This document shows, in pieces, positions 35,382-48,750 of a DNA stretch of 64,000 nt. The stretch lies in the IMG/VR virus record IMGVR_UViG_3300032218_003260. One strand, 5' to 3'. The first letter of the stretch is position 1. Each line of letters starts with the position of its first letter. A program made the translations under genes and the position numbers. Source of the stretch: a virus (lineage: Duplodnaviria; Caudoviricetes). The notes beneath the pieces were generated by a model. It had not been told where the DNA came from, did not search any database, and saw only the letters and a list, made by a program, of their open reading frames with translations.

Positions 35382-35591
35382 TCAATTCAACCGCATAATT
35401 CGGCGTGACGGGCGAAACTCAGCGCTACACGGACAACGGTCAGTAAACACGTCTTCGGAAACCGGCACGTATATGACTTTTGTCTTGTACCCGCAACGTC
35501 GTTCGGTTTCACGCGGCGACCACCCGCGGCGTATCTCAAGAGCACGTAAAGCAATTTCTTCTTCTGTCGGCGGCGGCACGCGGGCGGCCAT
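35382..35591 (-). CDS. hypothetical protein
   Basis: AAGGAG RBS. Confidence 0.55.
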   Translation of the reverse strand: MAARVPPPTEEEIALRALEIRRGWSPRETERRCGYKTKVIYVPVSEDVFTDRCPCSAEFRPSRRIMRLN

Positions 35592-35600
35592 GGTGTCTCC

Positions 35601-35954
35601 TTAACCGTAAAGTTTGAAAATCTTGCGCTGCTTTGGTGTCGCTTCAACCGGTGTTTTGATAGGCGCCGTTGCGGGCGGAATGACGCGCGTCACATGGGCC
35701 GCGAGGCGTTCACGAAACTGAAGATTTACAAGCTCGTCATGACGCCGCCGAGCCTCAATGCGAAAATGCTCCATTCGATTCTTTCGTTCCGCCATCCACT
35801 GTCGCTCGCGCATGAAGTCAAAGCGGAGCCACAGCAAAAATAAACTAGCGATTACAACCGCGCCAATCAGCCCGGCAGGGTCAGGTTTTCTTGTCGGTGC
35901 GGGTGCTGGTTGCTCAACGCGCTCGACCGTTATTGAGTCCGTGTTTAGTTGCAT
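35601..35954 (-). CDS. single-TM hypothetical protein
   Basis: 117 aa. Confidence 0.55.
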   Translation of the reverse strand: MQLNTDSITVERVEQPAPAPTRKPDPAGLIGAVVIASLFLLWLRFDFMRERQWMAERKNRMEHFRIEARRRHDELVNLQFRERLAAHVTRVIPPATAPIKTPVEATPKQRKIFKLYG

Positions 35955-36522
35955 AACACGCGGCGCAGACTGGCAGATACTTTTCTTCGCAGCCTAGTTC
36001 TACAGATGGGCCGTCGAGGGTTGGTCGGCCGTCGCACAGCTTAAGGTTGAACACAGCTTTTCGCAAGCAGAATGTACAGATTGTTTTGATTTCTTCAATA
36101 GCATCGGCTAGCGCCAAAAGACGCCGTGAAGCTGGGAAGAGTTGGCGACGAAAATCAGTGCGCAGCCCGTAGCAGATAACCGGGATGCCGTCACGGTTAT
36201 AAGGCGGATACGTGCACGCATGCGCAACGTTATGTAGTTGGTCTACGGCCTCAACCGATAAAAACTGGGCTTCGTCGACCAGCAGGCACACTACGTCATT
36301 AAGATCTGGTAGCTGACACTTGCCAGTTGCCGGCATAAGAACGTCTGCTGGAGATTCTAAACCGGCGCGTGTCTTAATGATATCTTTGCCAAACCGGGTA
36401 TCCATCTCGGGTTTGAGCAGCAAGACTTTTTTACCTTGCTGTCGGTAGTTGTGCGCCACAGCAAGAAGATTGAGTGTCTTGGCGCTACCGACGGTGCCGT
36501 AACGAAAGTAGAGTTTAGGCAT
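35914..36522 (-). CDS. tdk: thymidine kinase
   Basis: YGTVGSAKT; VDEAQF; YGLRTDF; two CxxC motifs. Confidence 0.95.
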   Translation of the reverse strand: MPKLYFRYGTVGSAKTLNLLAVAHNYRQQGKKVLLLKPEMDTRFGKDIIKTRAGLESPADVLMPATGKCQLPDLNDVVCLLVDEAQFLSVEAVDQLHNVAHACTYPPYNRDGIPVICYGLRTDFRRQLFPASRRLLALADAIEEIKTICTFCLRKAVFNLKLCDGRPTLDGPSVELGCEEKYLPVCAACYATKHGLNNGRAR

Positions 36523-36534
36523 ATTTGAATATTT

Positions 36535-37044
36535 TTACTCGCCCGTATAAGTTTTATCACTGCCCGGAAGCGTTGTTGTTGGTTCGCACAATTTCATCTG
36601 ACTCGGAATGGTTTTGGCGCCAATTGGCATAAAACAAATCAAATAGGTGATTCCGGTACAAGCGCCGTACGTGTCAAGGGCCTCCACTGTAAATGTTCGA
36701 TTTGTTTGTACCCACTCGTAACTAAAATTGTGGGCTCCTGTACCGCTTAGAGCGGGATTTTGCCCAAAAACGCTGCCGTCGCCGTCTAACATAAATACGT
36801 CGTCAACACCGCCGTCGGCTACAACTTTTACCGGCAGTTTAAACCGCGCCGGTACGGTTATTGTTTTTTGATATTTTTTATTGCCAAGCGTCGTGTCTCG
36901 ACAACCGTCGTACGCTGAAAAATAAAAACAAATTTTGCAGTCTTCACAGCAACACGGTTCTGCTGTGCTTTTTGAAATTACAAGTGCGCTGTTGTTGCTT
37001 ATGCGCAAACGTCCGTTTACCAGTGTAAGTATTACGTCAGACAT
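36535..37044 (-). CDS. hypothetical protein, possibly structural
   Basis: 169 aa, directly downstream of the LamG gene. Confidence 0.55.
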   Translation of the reverse strand: MSDVILTLVNGRLRISNNSALVISKSTAEPCCCEDCKICFYFSAYDGCRDTTLGNKKYQKTITVPARFKLPVKVVADGGVDDVFMLDGDGSVFGQNPALSGTGAHNFSYEWVQTNRTFTVEALDTYGACTGITYLICFMPIGAKTIPSQMKLCEPTTTLPGSDKTYTGE

Positions 37045-37058
37045 ATTATTTACTCACA

Positions 37059-40000
37059 TTACGTACCTGCGACAAGGAATGGTCCGGTGGGTACGTCAAT
37101 CGTCTCGCCCGAATACCGCGAAACGCCCTTTGTGATACGCAATTCATCAAGATACCCCAAAAACGGCTCGCCAAAACCGCTGTGCGCACCCACGCCGATT
37201 GTGACAAACGTGCCGCTAGGATTCAAATTAGCTGCGTTATTCCATGTGAGCACGCGCGTACCGTTTGTGTATACCGCCACAACGCCGGCTTCGCGCACAA
37301 GCGCCACGTGCGTCCACATATTAAGCGGCATGTTTGTTTGCGAGTTCCAGTTTGCGTAGCTGCCGTTTAAATACAATCCGTCAACGTTGTTTCGCTGTCG
37401 AAACAGAATACCGTTGTAGTAATAGCCGACGTTTAGTATTGCGCCGGCCCATGTGTCGGCGGTAGGATACGCCCAGAATTCAATTGTGAAATCGCCGGTG
37501 CCGAAGCTGAAATCTGTATCTGAAGGCGTTGTCAAAGAACCGCCTTGAAAAAACGCGCTACCGTCACCCCATTTTGACAGCGAGTTAAACGTTGCGCCGC
37601 CATTATTCGCCGTAATTGTTTTTGGTCGCGGGCTCGTGTCAATAAACGTGCCGGTGGTTTCATTAAAGCGCAACAGCAGACTTACAGAGTTAAAGAACGG
37701 GTCGCCATTTGTTGGCGCTACGGGTGTCGCGGTGGTGGCATACGGGCCTGTGCCGTCGTCATTTATAGCCGCAACACGAAACAAATAGTTTGTGTTATTT
37801 ACTAGCCCGGTCACTGTTGTTGTGGTCGCCGTAGATACGCTGTCTGCCGCCGTATTCCACGTCGCGCCGGCATCTTCTGAGTACTGCACGCTGTAATCGA
37901 CGATCGTCGAAAACCCGCGTGATTTCGGCGCCTGCCACGACAAAGTAACGCGCTTATTTTCTGATTCCGCAAGAAGATTTGTCGGCGCACTCAGCGGGCC
38001 GTCATCAGCATACGGAAACGCCGGGACACCAAACGCTGACTGGGTATAACGCGCAACACCCTTTGTAATGCGCACGTCGTCTATGTAACCGTTGAACACG
38101 CCTTGAAATGAGTCGTAGCCAATATTGAGCGTGGCTGTATTGCCGTAATCGCTGTTGTCTTGTGCAGAGCCAACCTTATTTCCGTTCACATAGACGGCAA
38201 GCATACCGCTACTGCGCGTCACGGCTATATGCGTCCACTCTTGAACTGGTATTGTCGTTTGTGTGTTTATGATGATTGAATACAGTGAGTGCCATTGAAG
38301 ATTGTTGTTGCCCTGATAAAAAGTCACAACCCACGAATTCTGGCCGTTTATTCTGCTACTAACAAGCCCGACAGTATCCTGTAGCGCATCTGGATGCGCC
38401 CAAAACTCAACGGTAAAATCTCCAGTGCCAAAAGCACTAGCGGTTTTCGGGTCGGCGCAAGACAGATAGCTGCCGCTGCTGCCGTCAAAATAACCACTGG
38501 CGCCACCAAATTTGCTTTGCGCTGAGCTGACTTGCGCGTTGCCGTTGGCCGTCATTATCAGCTGACTAATCGACGAATCCGATAATGTTCCGTCCATGTG
38601 CAGCAACAGCGCGACATTTGAAAAGTACGAATCGCCGCCAACTACGATCGGCTCAGAGGCGATTGAAAACGGACTAACATCGTCTTCTGTCACGGCTTTT
38701 ACACGAAATTTATAGTTATCGCCGTTTGTTAAATTAGATATGGTTGTCGTGGTTACCGGCGAAACGCCATCATTAACAATTTCCCACGTTGCGCCGTCAT
38801 CGGTAGAAGACTCGACAATGTAATCGATAAGCAGCGAGTTGGCTGTTGCGTTAGGCGGCGACCACGAAACGAATAGTTGCTTATATCCAGATTCGGTGGT
38901 GAGCGCGGTGGGGGCACTAAGCGCACTGTAATTTAAAAACGGCGCTGTAGGTACCGTAAACGTGGCGCCGGAGTATTGCGCGATATCTTTTGTTATACGA
39001 AATTCGCCAATGTAACCGTCAAGGCCGTAATAGCCCGTGTCACAAAACCGGCTAATAAGTGCGCCGCCGGTTGCCGCTGTATCATTAAACGTGGTGTTCG
39101 TATCGCCCTTGAACTGTCCGTCAACGTACATTGCAGTTCTGTTATTTTTGCGCACTAGCGCGACGTGAACCCACGTTTGCAGCGGGACAATATTTGTATC
39201 TGTTACTAATATTTCAGCGCCGCTTCTATTCAGCTGTAACCGGCCTTCGTTAGATAAGTACCACAAAAAACCATTTGGTCGATATCCCGACGTATTTATA
39301 GGGTTTGACTCCCATAACGCCCCACCAACGTTATAAGAATTAATCCAGATCCACGCCTCAATTGTAAAATCGCCTGTGCCCATGGCGATGTCTGGATGGC
39401 CCGCAACAGACAAATATGTGGCTGAGTTTGGACTCGAAAACGGCGCACTGTATTTTTCTGGCCATTTTGATTGTTCGTCTGAAAAAACAACGTTTGTTGC
39501 CGTAACTGTTTTTGGGATGCGACTAGCGTCAACAAATGCGGAGCTACCAATTTCGCCAGCCATTTGCAGCAGCAGCACTACAGAATTATCTGGTTGCAGC
39601 ACTGTCGACGCGCTACTGACCGTGCTGCGTAGTTTTTGAGTGCCGGTTAATTTAACACTCCACGTTGGCAACAACGCAGACGTGTCGAGCGTCATAATAA
39701 TCGGCGCAGCAGAAGCACCAACTGGCGCGCCGCACGCTACAAATTTACTGCCGTCGTATATTACGCTGCGCCAATTGGTCGCCGGATTGTTTAGTCCGTC
39801 TAATCCGATGTTGCTCGTATCTTCCGCTAAAATTTCGTATGTATTTTCTTGCAGAAGAAACGACATTGACGCATTTTGATCGACAAATGTGCTCGTCAAT
39901 TGTGTCCACGTTGCCGCAGAAGTTGTTGTTATAAGCGTGCGAACAGTTGTGAGATTGTTCAACAGAATAATTGTGTGTGCCGGCGAAGACGCAATGAGCG

Positions 40001-40823
40001 GTTCTTGCGGCGTGCCAGACACACCCAGATCAATTCTTAGCCGCTGCGTCCACGTAACACCGTCAGGCGACGTCAAAACGTAACGAAAGCGTGCAACATC
40101 ATTACGCTTAGCCAGCATAAAAAACACATTTGAAGTACCGTCTGCGCCATACGTTAACGCTAATACGCGATCTAATGCTTTTGCCGTTGGACTAGCGCTA
40201 AACTCATTGATAAAAATATTTGACGCAACTTGTGCCCACGTCGACCCGTTATCGAGTGACCGGTAAATTACTTTTGCATTATCGGCCGCTGCGAGCAATT
40301 TACCACCGCCATAAACAATACCGTTTTGCTGAAAACTATTCACAGCAAATACGTTCTGCAACAACGTCCAACTGTTGTTGTTGTCTGAAATAACGATGTC
40401 GGGATAATGACCGTGTGAAACAATAAACCGGCCGTCGCAACCAAACACCTCAGCCCACGCGTGCTTTACCGCGTCTGTCGTGTCTCGCGTCGGTAATGTG
40501 CGTTTCCGCCATTTTTTCGCGTCGGGAGATACGAATATCTGCGACGTAGTCGGCGTGTAGCCCGGCGCGTCAGGGCTGTAAGACAACAGCGCAAACTTGT
40601 TACCGTCAGCGGCAAGCCGCACTACCGGTAGGTCTGCTCCGGTTGGATTCTGCGGCAATAAGATGTTTTGAAAGCCAGAAAAAATTGTTGCTGGATTGGT
40701 GCCGTTTAAACCTGCAGGCGTGGCGGTGTTGACGAGCACATTTAATGTGTCCGCATCAATACCCGCGACGACCACACGCAAATCAGTATTGCGTGTTTGC
40801 CTGAAGCCTTGTTTTCCGCGCAT
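37059..40823 (-). CDS. receptor-binding/fibre protein with BNR-type propeller, 3 LamG and 2 FN3 domains
   Basis: SxDxGxTW repeats; three GTGDFTxExW...W.HVA..R...GYxDExRITK units; two FN3 units (W..P...DY.V.YS.D.G.TW...L.N...Y.FRV.A). Confidence 0.85.
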   Translation of the reverse strand: MRGKQGFRQTRNTDLRVVVAGIDADTLNVLVNTATPAGLNGTNPATIFSGFQNILLPQNPTGADLPVVRLAADGNKFALLSYSPDAPGYTPTTSQIFVSPDAKKWRKRTLPTRDTTDAVKHAWAEVFGCDGRFIVSHGHYPDIVISDNNNSWTLLQNVFAVNSFQQNGIVYGGGKLLAAADNAKVIYRSLDNGSTWAQVASNIFINEFSASPTAKALDRVLALTYGADGTSNVFFMLAKRNDVARFRYVLTSPDGVTWTQRLRIDLGVSGTPQEPLIASSPAHTIILLNNLTTVRTLITTTSAATWTQLTSTFVDQNASMSFLLQENTYEILAEDTSNIGLDGLNNPATNWRSVIYDGSKFVACGAPVGASAAPIIMTLDTSALLPTWSVKLTGTQKLRSTVSSASTVLQPDNSVVLLLQMAGEIGSSAFVDASRIPKTVTATNVVFSDEQSKWPEKYSAPFSSPNSATYLSVAGHPDIAMGTGDFTIEAWIWINSYNVGGALWESNPINTSGYRPNGFLWYLSNEGRLQLNRSGAEILVTDTNIVPLQTWVHVALVRKNNRTAMYVDGQFKGDTNTTFNDTAATGGALISRFCDTGYYGLDGYIGEFRITKDIAQYSGATFTVPTAPFLNYSALSAPTALTTESGYKQLFVSWSPPNATANSLLIDYIVESSTDDGATWEIVNDGVSPVTTTTISNLTNGDNYKFRVKAVTEDDVSPFSIASEPIVVGGDSYFSNVALLLHMDGTLSDSSISQLIMTANGNAQVSSAQSKFGGASGYFDGSSGSYLSCADPKTASAFGTGDFTVEFWAHPDALQDTVGLVSSRINGQNSWVVTFYQGNNNLQWHSLYSIIINTQTTIPVQEWTHIAVTRSSGMLAVYVNGNKVGSAQDNSDYGNTATLNIGYDSFQGVFNGYIDDVRITKGVARYTQSAFGVPAFPYADDGPLSAPTNLLAESENKRVTLSWQAPKSRGFSTIVDYSVQYSEDAGATWNTAADSVSTATTTTVTGLVNNTNYLFRVAAINDDGTGPYATTATPVAPTNGDPFFNSVSLLLRFNETTGTFIDTSPRPKTITANNGGATFNSLSKWGDGSAFFQGGSLTTPSDTDFSFGTGDFTIEFWAYPTADTWAGAILNVGYYYNGILFRQRNNVDGLYLNGSYANWNSQTNMPLNMWTHVALVREAGVVAVYTNGTRVLTWNNAANLNPSGTFVTIGVGAHSGFGEPFLGYLDELRITKGVSRYSGETIDVPTGPFLVAGT

Positions 40824-40826
40824 AAA

Positions 40827-41840
40827 TCACTCTGCAAGGTCGCCGGCTAGGATCCACTGGTTTGTGGCATACTGCAAAAGACTTGCAACGCTGTAGCGAG
40901 CACGTGACCTGAAGCCGGGTGTTGCATTTAGTGTGACGCCGGCGGCAGCATTAAACGAAAGTTGACCGCCGCCTAGTTGCACAATATCGATGTATGCGCC
41001 GACGCTTAAAACATTGAGCGGTATTGTGATTGTTATTGGTGCGTTGGCAGTACAAATTAAAGCAACACCCGCGTCGGCGGCTATTAATGTATATGACGTA
41101 CCAATTGTTTTAACAGTTTGTGCGATAGCAAACGTGCCCGTAGGCCCAGATGGTCCTGTGGGGCCGGTAATACCTGTCGGCCCAGTTGGTCCAGTGACTC
41201 CGGTTGGGCCTGTAACACCAGTTGGACCCGTTTGCCCGCGCGCAGCTCTTATAGTTACTCCGCCGATAATCACGCTATCGTCTGTCGGACCGGCCGCAAC
41301 AGCCGGTGCTGGTCCAGACGGCCCTGTTGGCCCCATAACCCCCGTGGGGCCGTTGACGCCTGTTGGGCCAGTTACGCCCGTAGCGCCAGTTGGGCCTATG
41401 GGCCCCGTCGGGCCGGACGGGCCTGTGGCAGCAACCGGACCTGTAACGCCAGTTGCACCCATGGCGCCCATTAGCCCCGTCGGACCTTGTATCACCGCCA
41501 CGGGACCGATGTTTTCCCATGCGACGCCCGTCCAGATTACGGCATCGGCCGGTTGACTACCCGCAGGCGAACCAGTTGGTACGGGATCGGCGAGAATATA
41601 AACGTCGCCAACCGCGGGAGTCGCGGATGGCGGCCAAATGCTCGTCACGCCCTGAATGTTGCTGCCGGTGCTGTTGTTTATTCCAACCGCGTACGGCAGA
41701 TCGTTCCACGCAGTTGTACCGTCGCCAAACTTGAATTTGCGTGTGTCTACTTCAACGCCCATCTCGCCGTCGCTGAGCGTTGGGTTTGCGGCCGTCCAGT
41801 CAACGGCGGCACCACGACGAAGTAAAATGCGTGTAATCAT
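40827..41840 (-). CDS. collagen-like fibre protein with Mtd/hyaluronidase-type N-terminal domain
   Basis: [37 protein letters not shown]; G-X-T repeats. Confidence 0.85.
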   Translation of the reverse strand: MITRILLRRGAAVDWTAANPTLSDGEMGVEVDTRKFKFGDGTTAWNDLPYAVGINNSTGSNIQGVTSIWPPSATPAVGDVYILADPVPTGSPAGSQPADAVIWTGVAWENIGPVAVIQGPTGLMGAMGATGVTGPVAATGPSGPTGPIGPTGATGVTGPTGVNGPTGVMGPTGPSGPAPAVAAGPTDDSVIIGGVTIRAARGQTGPTGVTGPTGVTGPTGPTGITGPTGPSGPTGTFAIAQTVKTIGTSYTLIAADAGVALICTANAPITITIPLNVLSVGAYIDIVQLGGGQLSFNAAAGVTLNATPGFRSRARYSVASLLQYATNQWILAGDLAE

Positions 41841-44219
<2,379 letters not shown>

Positions 44220-44244
44220 CTATAAAATAGCATATTTTGGCTGA

Positions 44245-44514
44245 TCAATCGTTGTCTTGCTGGTCGAGTTTTTTAAACAGCTTACTGAGCCTGTAATCGC
44301 TGTGACGGCCGGTGTAAGTCCGCGGGCGCGCCAAAAAATGATATCGATGCCGTAACGTCAAACCGAGACGACGGCGATAGCGCAGCGTTGAAAAATGCCG
44401 CCGAACAAGCCGGGGCGTTTTCACATGCCAGTAAATTTTATGCCCGACCCAGTAACCGACGACACCAGTGACCAACCCCGCCACAAAGCACGCAATCAAC
44501 AGCATTGTATTCAC
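44245..44514 (-). CDS. small membrane protein with basic tail
   Basis: 89 aa, N-terminal TM segment. Confidence 0.45.
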   Translation of the reverse strand: MNTMLLIACFVAGLVTGVVGYWVGHKIYWHVKTPRLVRRHFSTLRYRRRLGLTLRHRYHFLARPRTYTGRHSDYRLSKLFKKLDQQDND

Positions 44515-44522
44515 CAGTACAA

Positions 44523-44669
44523 TTATTTTGACGAGAGTTGATACATGGCAACGTTACTGATGGCGTAGCAAAAGAAAGCTAATCCAAGCCACGGATTATT
44601 TTTCCAGCATTGTTCAACAGCAGCATACGCATAAATAGCAGACACAACAAGAATCAACCAGCCGCTCAT
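44523..44669 (-). CDS. small two-TM protein
   Basis: MSGWLILVVSAIYAY...WLGLAFFCYAISN. Confidence 0.55.
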   Translation of the reverse strand: MSGWLILVVSAIYAYAAVEQCWKNNPWLGLAFFCYAISNVAMYQLSSK

Positions 44670-44798
44670 GTCACAACCTAAAAAAGACCCGCCGAGTGAG
44701 CATCGTCGAGAGGCCCGGCGGGTGTGCTTCGCAGTGTTTACCATTACGACGGCTGAACGTCGCTGTCAGGAGCGCAGTCTTACGCAGTTCCGATTTGT

Positions 44799-45113
44799 CT
44801 ACGCACGCGCCCTAACTGTCGGCGGCACAAACAAATTCTCCAGCCCGGCCTTCACGTCGCTGCCTAGCAACTCCAACACGCGGGTTTCGACCTGCGCCTG
44901 CGTGTAATCACCGGCTGCGTCGTAGGTTTCTTTTTCCCACAGGACAAGCGGAACCGGACATGGATGAACTCGCGCAATACACGACTTGTGCTTGGCATTA
45001 TCAATGACCGTGATGTCCAGTTCAGTGAGCGTGATAGGCTTCTGGACGCGAACCTCACCCGTGCTGCGGGTGATTGTGGGCGGCTGAATAGTGACGGGAT
45101 TTGAAAGAATCAT
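44799..45113 (-). CDS. small fibre-associated protein, paralog A
   Basis: PVTIQPP...LW...YDAAGDYTQAQ.E.R.LELLG shared with 48751-49101; AGGAG RBS. Confidence 0.7.
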   Translation of the reverse strand: MILSNPVTIQPPTITRSTGEVRVQKPITLTELDITVIDNAKHKSCIARVHPCPVPLVLWEKETYDAAGDYTQAQVETRVLELLGSDVKAGLENLFVPPTVRARA

Positions 45114-45170
45114 CGTTAAATTACTCCTGTTAAAACAACCGGGACAAAACAAAAAGCATCAATATAGCGG

Positions 45171-45527
45171 TTAAACAGCGGCAAACCAAGTGCGAGCAGT
45201 TTCGTCCCAATGATAGTATGCGCCATCGTCAGGTTTTGGCGTTGGGGCTCGCCACTGGCATTGCTCGTCCAGCGACCATGACGGATAAGGCTGCGGAGCG
45301 ATAAACGCATCACGCTCGCTGTCGTAAACGAAACCGACACCGGCGTAGTTGTATCGTTTGTTAGCGTTGTAACTTGTCTGCACCCAACGTCGGTGACCAA
45401 AAAGCGATTCTAAAAAGTCAACTCCTTTGCTCTCAGTCTCCACGTCATCAACAAGCAGTTCGTTGTCATGCACAACAACTACCTGCGTGACTATGTTTGA
45501 CTCATCTAGTTCAGCAAAGTGCGCCAT
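45171..45527 (-). CDS. phage tail-fibre-associated small protein
   Basis: MAHFAELD..N.V..V.VV...W.QTSYN...R..YAG.G..YD...DAFIAPQPYPSW. Confidence 0.7.
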   Translation of the reverse strand: MAHFAELDESNIVTQVVVVHDNELLVDDVETESKGVDFLESLFGHRRWVQTSYNANKRYNYAGVGFVYDSERDAFIAPQPYPSWSLDEQCQWRAPTPKPDDGAYYHWDETARTWFAAV

Positions 45528-45538
45528 ATCTTTCCTTT

Positions 45539-48500
45539 CTAGAATCTGATGCTGCCGCTGCCGGTGAATTTGTAAACCGTTTGGCCGCCAACTGTAGTTA
45601 CTGTTGGCGAGCCAGTGGTCAATACTGCCGGCACCGGAGAACGAATAATCACGACGCCCGAGCCGCCCGCTGCCGGGGACGCCTGCCGCGATCCCCCGCC
45701 ACCGCCGCCACCAGTGTTAGCGGTTCCGGCAGTCCCGCCCGCGGGGCAATAATCGGATGAACATTGACCGCCGGCTCCGCCGCCGCCAAGACCACCGGCG
45801 CCGGGAATTCGCACATTGCCTATACCCACCCATGAATCGCGTTGGGCGCCACCGCCACCGCCGCCCGCATAATATGTTGAGACGCCGGTAATTGACGACT
45901 GTAGCCCAACACCACCTGCCCCACCAACTGTAGGACTATTACTAGTTGGCGCTACGCCATCACCGCCCGCCGCACCGGCTCCGCCACCGCCGCCGCCGGC
46001 GGTGATGGCGTCACAAGTCCCGCCAGAGTGGCCTATAGCAGCACGCCCGCCGTTGTTTCCTTGGCCTGCGGTGCCTAAACCATTTTCTCGATTACTGCCG
46101 CAGTAGGGCCAACTCCCGCCACCGCCGCTGCCGCCATTTGCACCCGGTAATGCTACGGTGCCAGCCCGCCCGCCGCCGATAGACGTAATAGCATCAAAAA
46201 CAGAATTGCTTCCGTTATTACCCACCGCGCCGCCCGCTCCAACAGTTACAGTGAGTGCGCTGCCCTGCTCAATTGAGTAATTAATGGCCGCGCGTAATCC
46301 GCCGGCACCGCCACCACCATTGTATTTACCGCCGCCGCCGCCAGCTACAACGAGGTATTGCACAGAGACGCCGGTGCATACGGCCGGGGAGCCGATGATA
46401 GCGCCGCTGACCGTACCGCTGTTACAGGCGGCGTTGTTAAATGTTCCCGAACCGGTAACTGAACCGCGGTTAGCAGAGTTGTTGTTAAACGTCGCGTTGC
46501 CGCTAACGGTGCCGAAATTGCACGTGCTAGTATTGAATACTGACCCAGTTCCGATAGTGCCGGTATTAATAGCACCATCGTTGAACGTACCTGCAACGGA
46601 AACAACACCAGAATTATTTGCGATGTTGTTAAATATGAGTGCGGGCCCGGATGTAATGGTTGCAGCGTTTATGGCAGAGTTATTAAAAGTTTTCAGTCCG
46701 GTAATTGTGCCGCTGGTAAATTGCGCTGTATCATTAAATGTTGCCGTGCCAGTGACAGTGCCGCTGTTGGAAGAAGCGCTACTGAACGTTGCGTTGCCGG
46801 TGACGGTGCCGGTGTTGGAGGAAGTACCGGAGAACGCCGCAGCGCCCTTGACGGTGCCAGTGTTGGAAGAAGTGCCGGCAAACGTCCAATTCTGTCCCGC
46901 TGTAGTGAAAACCCAATTGCTTGCGTTAGCAGACCAAGTGAGATTAGTTAGCAAGAATCCTACAGGGGTTGCTGAGTTGAACGTCACCGTTCCGTTGATA
47001 GTGCCGCCTACTGGATTGCTCGTATACGATGCCGCCGTAAACGTCGCGTTGCCGGTGACGGTGCCGATGTTGGCCGTAGAGTTGTTAAACGTTGCGTTGC
47101 CCTTGACGGTGCCGGCGTTGCCGCCCGTGCCGGAGAACGTCCAATTCTGTCCCGCTGTAGTGAAAACCCAATTGCTTGCGTTAGCAGACCAAGCAAGATT
47201 GGTTAGCGAGAATCCTACGGGGGTTGCTGAGTTGAACGTCACCGTTCCGTTGATAGTGCCACCTACTGGATTGCCCGTATACGATGCCGCCGTAAACGTT
47301 GCGTTGCCGGTGACGGTGCCGCCGTGCATGTGCGCGTTGCCGGTAAAAGTTGCGTTTCCAGTTATCTGGCCGCCGGCCATGGAATTGCCGTTAAACGTTA
47401 CATTGCCGTTTATCGTCGCGCCGGTGACGACGGTGCTTGAGCCGTTAAGCGTAAGATTGCCCGTGACAGGGCCGTTAACACTGCCGCTAGTCAGTACCCA
47501 AACCGTAATTACGTTGTTGTCAGCGCCACGAGTAACACCGCCAACGTTTCCATTTAATCCAGTAGACGTGTACGTTGTTGTTACAACACCGTCGACAGCC
47601 GTGAACCGCGGGAACGTCGCGTCGCCATCAACGCGGCCGGAGTTTCTAGCGTTATTGTTAAACGTCGCGTTGCCGCTGACTACGCTGTTCGCGTCGTTTA
47701 CGGAGTTATTGTTAAACGTTGCGTTGCCGTTGACTCTGGTTCCGTTGCCACTATTTAGCGCGTTAATGTTAAATGTTGCATTGCCGTTGATAATGCCGCC
47801 GTTTTCATTCCTTGAGTCGCCGTTAAATGTCGCGTTGCCGTTGACGGTGCCGATGGAGTAGTTGCTCGCACTATCGTTGAACGTCGGATTGCCGGTGATA
47901 AGGCCATAGTTACGTGAAGTAGCCAAAAATAATGGGTCGCCCGTGATGGTGGCTTGATTAACGGCGAACGTGAATGTTGGATTGCCGTTGATTACGCCAG
48001 CACCGCTATTTTGTGAAAGGGGACCGACAAACGTCGGATTCCCGTTGATTGTGCCGTTATTGTACGCGTTGCCTGTAAATGACGGATTGCCGGTGATAAT
48101 GCCGCCCGGTCTATTGCCGGAGGCAGCGTTAAATATTGGATTCCCGATGATTGTGCCGTGATTTTGCGTGTAGCCTGTAAACGTTGGATTTCCGGTAAGC
48201 GAACCATAGTTGCATGCGAGCCATAAAAATGCGCCGCCTGCGCCAACAGTTCCGTTGTTGCGACAGTTTTCTGTGCCGTGAAAACTTGCTGTGCCAGTTA
48301 CAACGCCCGTAGCGCCGTTTACGGCATCCTGTTCAAACTCCGCGTCACCAGTGACAGTGCCGTTATTCGCAGCAGTGTCGCCGAAACGGGCTGGGCCGGT
48401 AACGGTACTGTTGTTGCTCGCGGTGCCGCCAAACCGAGCGAACCGCGTTACCTGCACGGGCACGCTGAGTACGCTAGCGCCGTATAAAGACAACGAGGCA

Positions 48501-48721
48501 ACCCGCGCTGGCGCGCCGCTATTTGTTGTAATACTGACAGACGAAACTACGCGATCTACAAAAACAGGTAGTCGCGTGGCTGGTCGCGTGTTGCTTGCGT
48601 TTTCAGACCAATTTGCCAGATTCGCCCAGTCGTTATCTGCGGCGCCAGTGAAAAAAAGGCGGCGAGGTACGGGCACATCTGAGCGCGCTGAAGCACGAAA
48701 ATTACGTGAACTTATTGTCAT
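45539..48721 (-). CDS. beta-solenoid repeat fibre/spike protein with C-terminal Gly-rich domain
   Basis: About 16-aa GTVxGNATFNxxSxN repeats followed by a GGGGGAGG domain; start 48721 or 48754. Confidence 0.75.
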   Translation of the reverse strand: MTISSRNFRASARSDVPVPRRLFFTGAADNDWANLANWSENASNTRPATRLPVFVDRVVSSVSITTNSGAPARVASLSLYGASVLSVPVQVTRFARFGGTASNNSTVTGPARFGDTAANNGTVTGDAEFEQDAVNGATGVVTGTASFHGTENCRNNGTVGAGGAFLWLACNYGSLTGNPTFTGYTQNHGTIIGNPIFNAASGNRPGGIITGNPSFTGNAYNNGTINGNPTFVGPLSQNSGAGVINGNPTFTFAVNQATITGDPLFLATSRNYGLITGNPTFNDSASNYSIGTVNGNATFNGDSRNENGGIINGNATFNINALNSGNGTRVNGNATFNNNSVNDANSVVSGNATFNNNARNSGRVDGDATFPRFTAVDGVVTTTYTSTGLNGNVGGVTRGADNNVITVWVLTSGSVNGPVTGNLTLNGSSTVVTGATINGNVTFNGNSMAGGQITGNATFTGNAHMHGGTVTGNATFTAASYTGNPVGGTINGTVTFNSATPVGFSLTNLAWSANASNWVFTTAGQNWTFSGTGGNAGTVKGNATFNNSTANIGTVTGNATFTAASYTSNPVGGTINGTVTFNSATPVGFLLTNLTWSANASNWVFTTAGQNWTFAGTSSNTGTVKGAAAFSGTSSNTGTVTGNATFSSASSNSGTVTGTATFNDTAQFTSGTITGLKTFNNSAINAATITSGPALIFNNIANNSGVVSVAGTFNDGAINTGTIGTGSVFNTSTCNFGTVSGNATFNNNSANRGSVTGSGTFNNAACNSGTVSGAIIGSPAVCTGVSVQYLVVAGGGGGKYNGGGGAGGLRAAINYSIEQGSALTVTVGAGGAVGNNGSNSVFDAITSIGGGRAGTVALPGANGGSGGGGSWPYCGSNRENGLGTAGQGNNGGRAAIGHSGGTCDAITAGGGGGGAGAAGGDGVAPTSNSPTVGGAGGVGLQSSITGVSTYYAGGGGGGAQRDSWVGIGNVRIPGAGGLGGGGAGGQCSSDYCPAGGTAGTANTGGGGGGGSRQASPAAGGSGVVIIRSPVPAVLTTGSPTVTTVGGQTVYKFTGSGSIRF
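46881..47321. repeat. in-frame internal duplication (about 186 bp near-identical, 255-bp period)
   Basis: Copies begin at 46881 and 47136; the differences are mostly synonymous. Confidence 0.85.
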
Positions 48722-48750
48722 GTTAAACCGCTTTATGCAGTTATTTAATG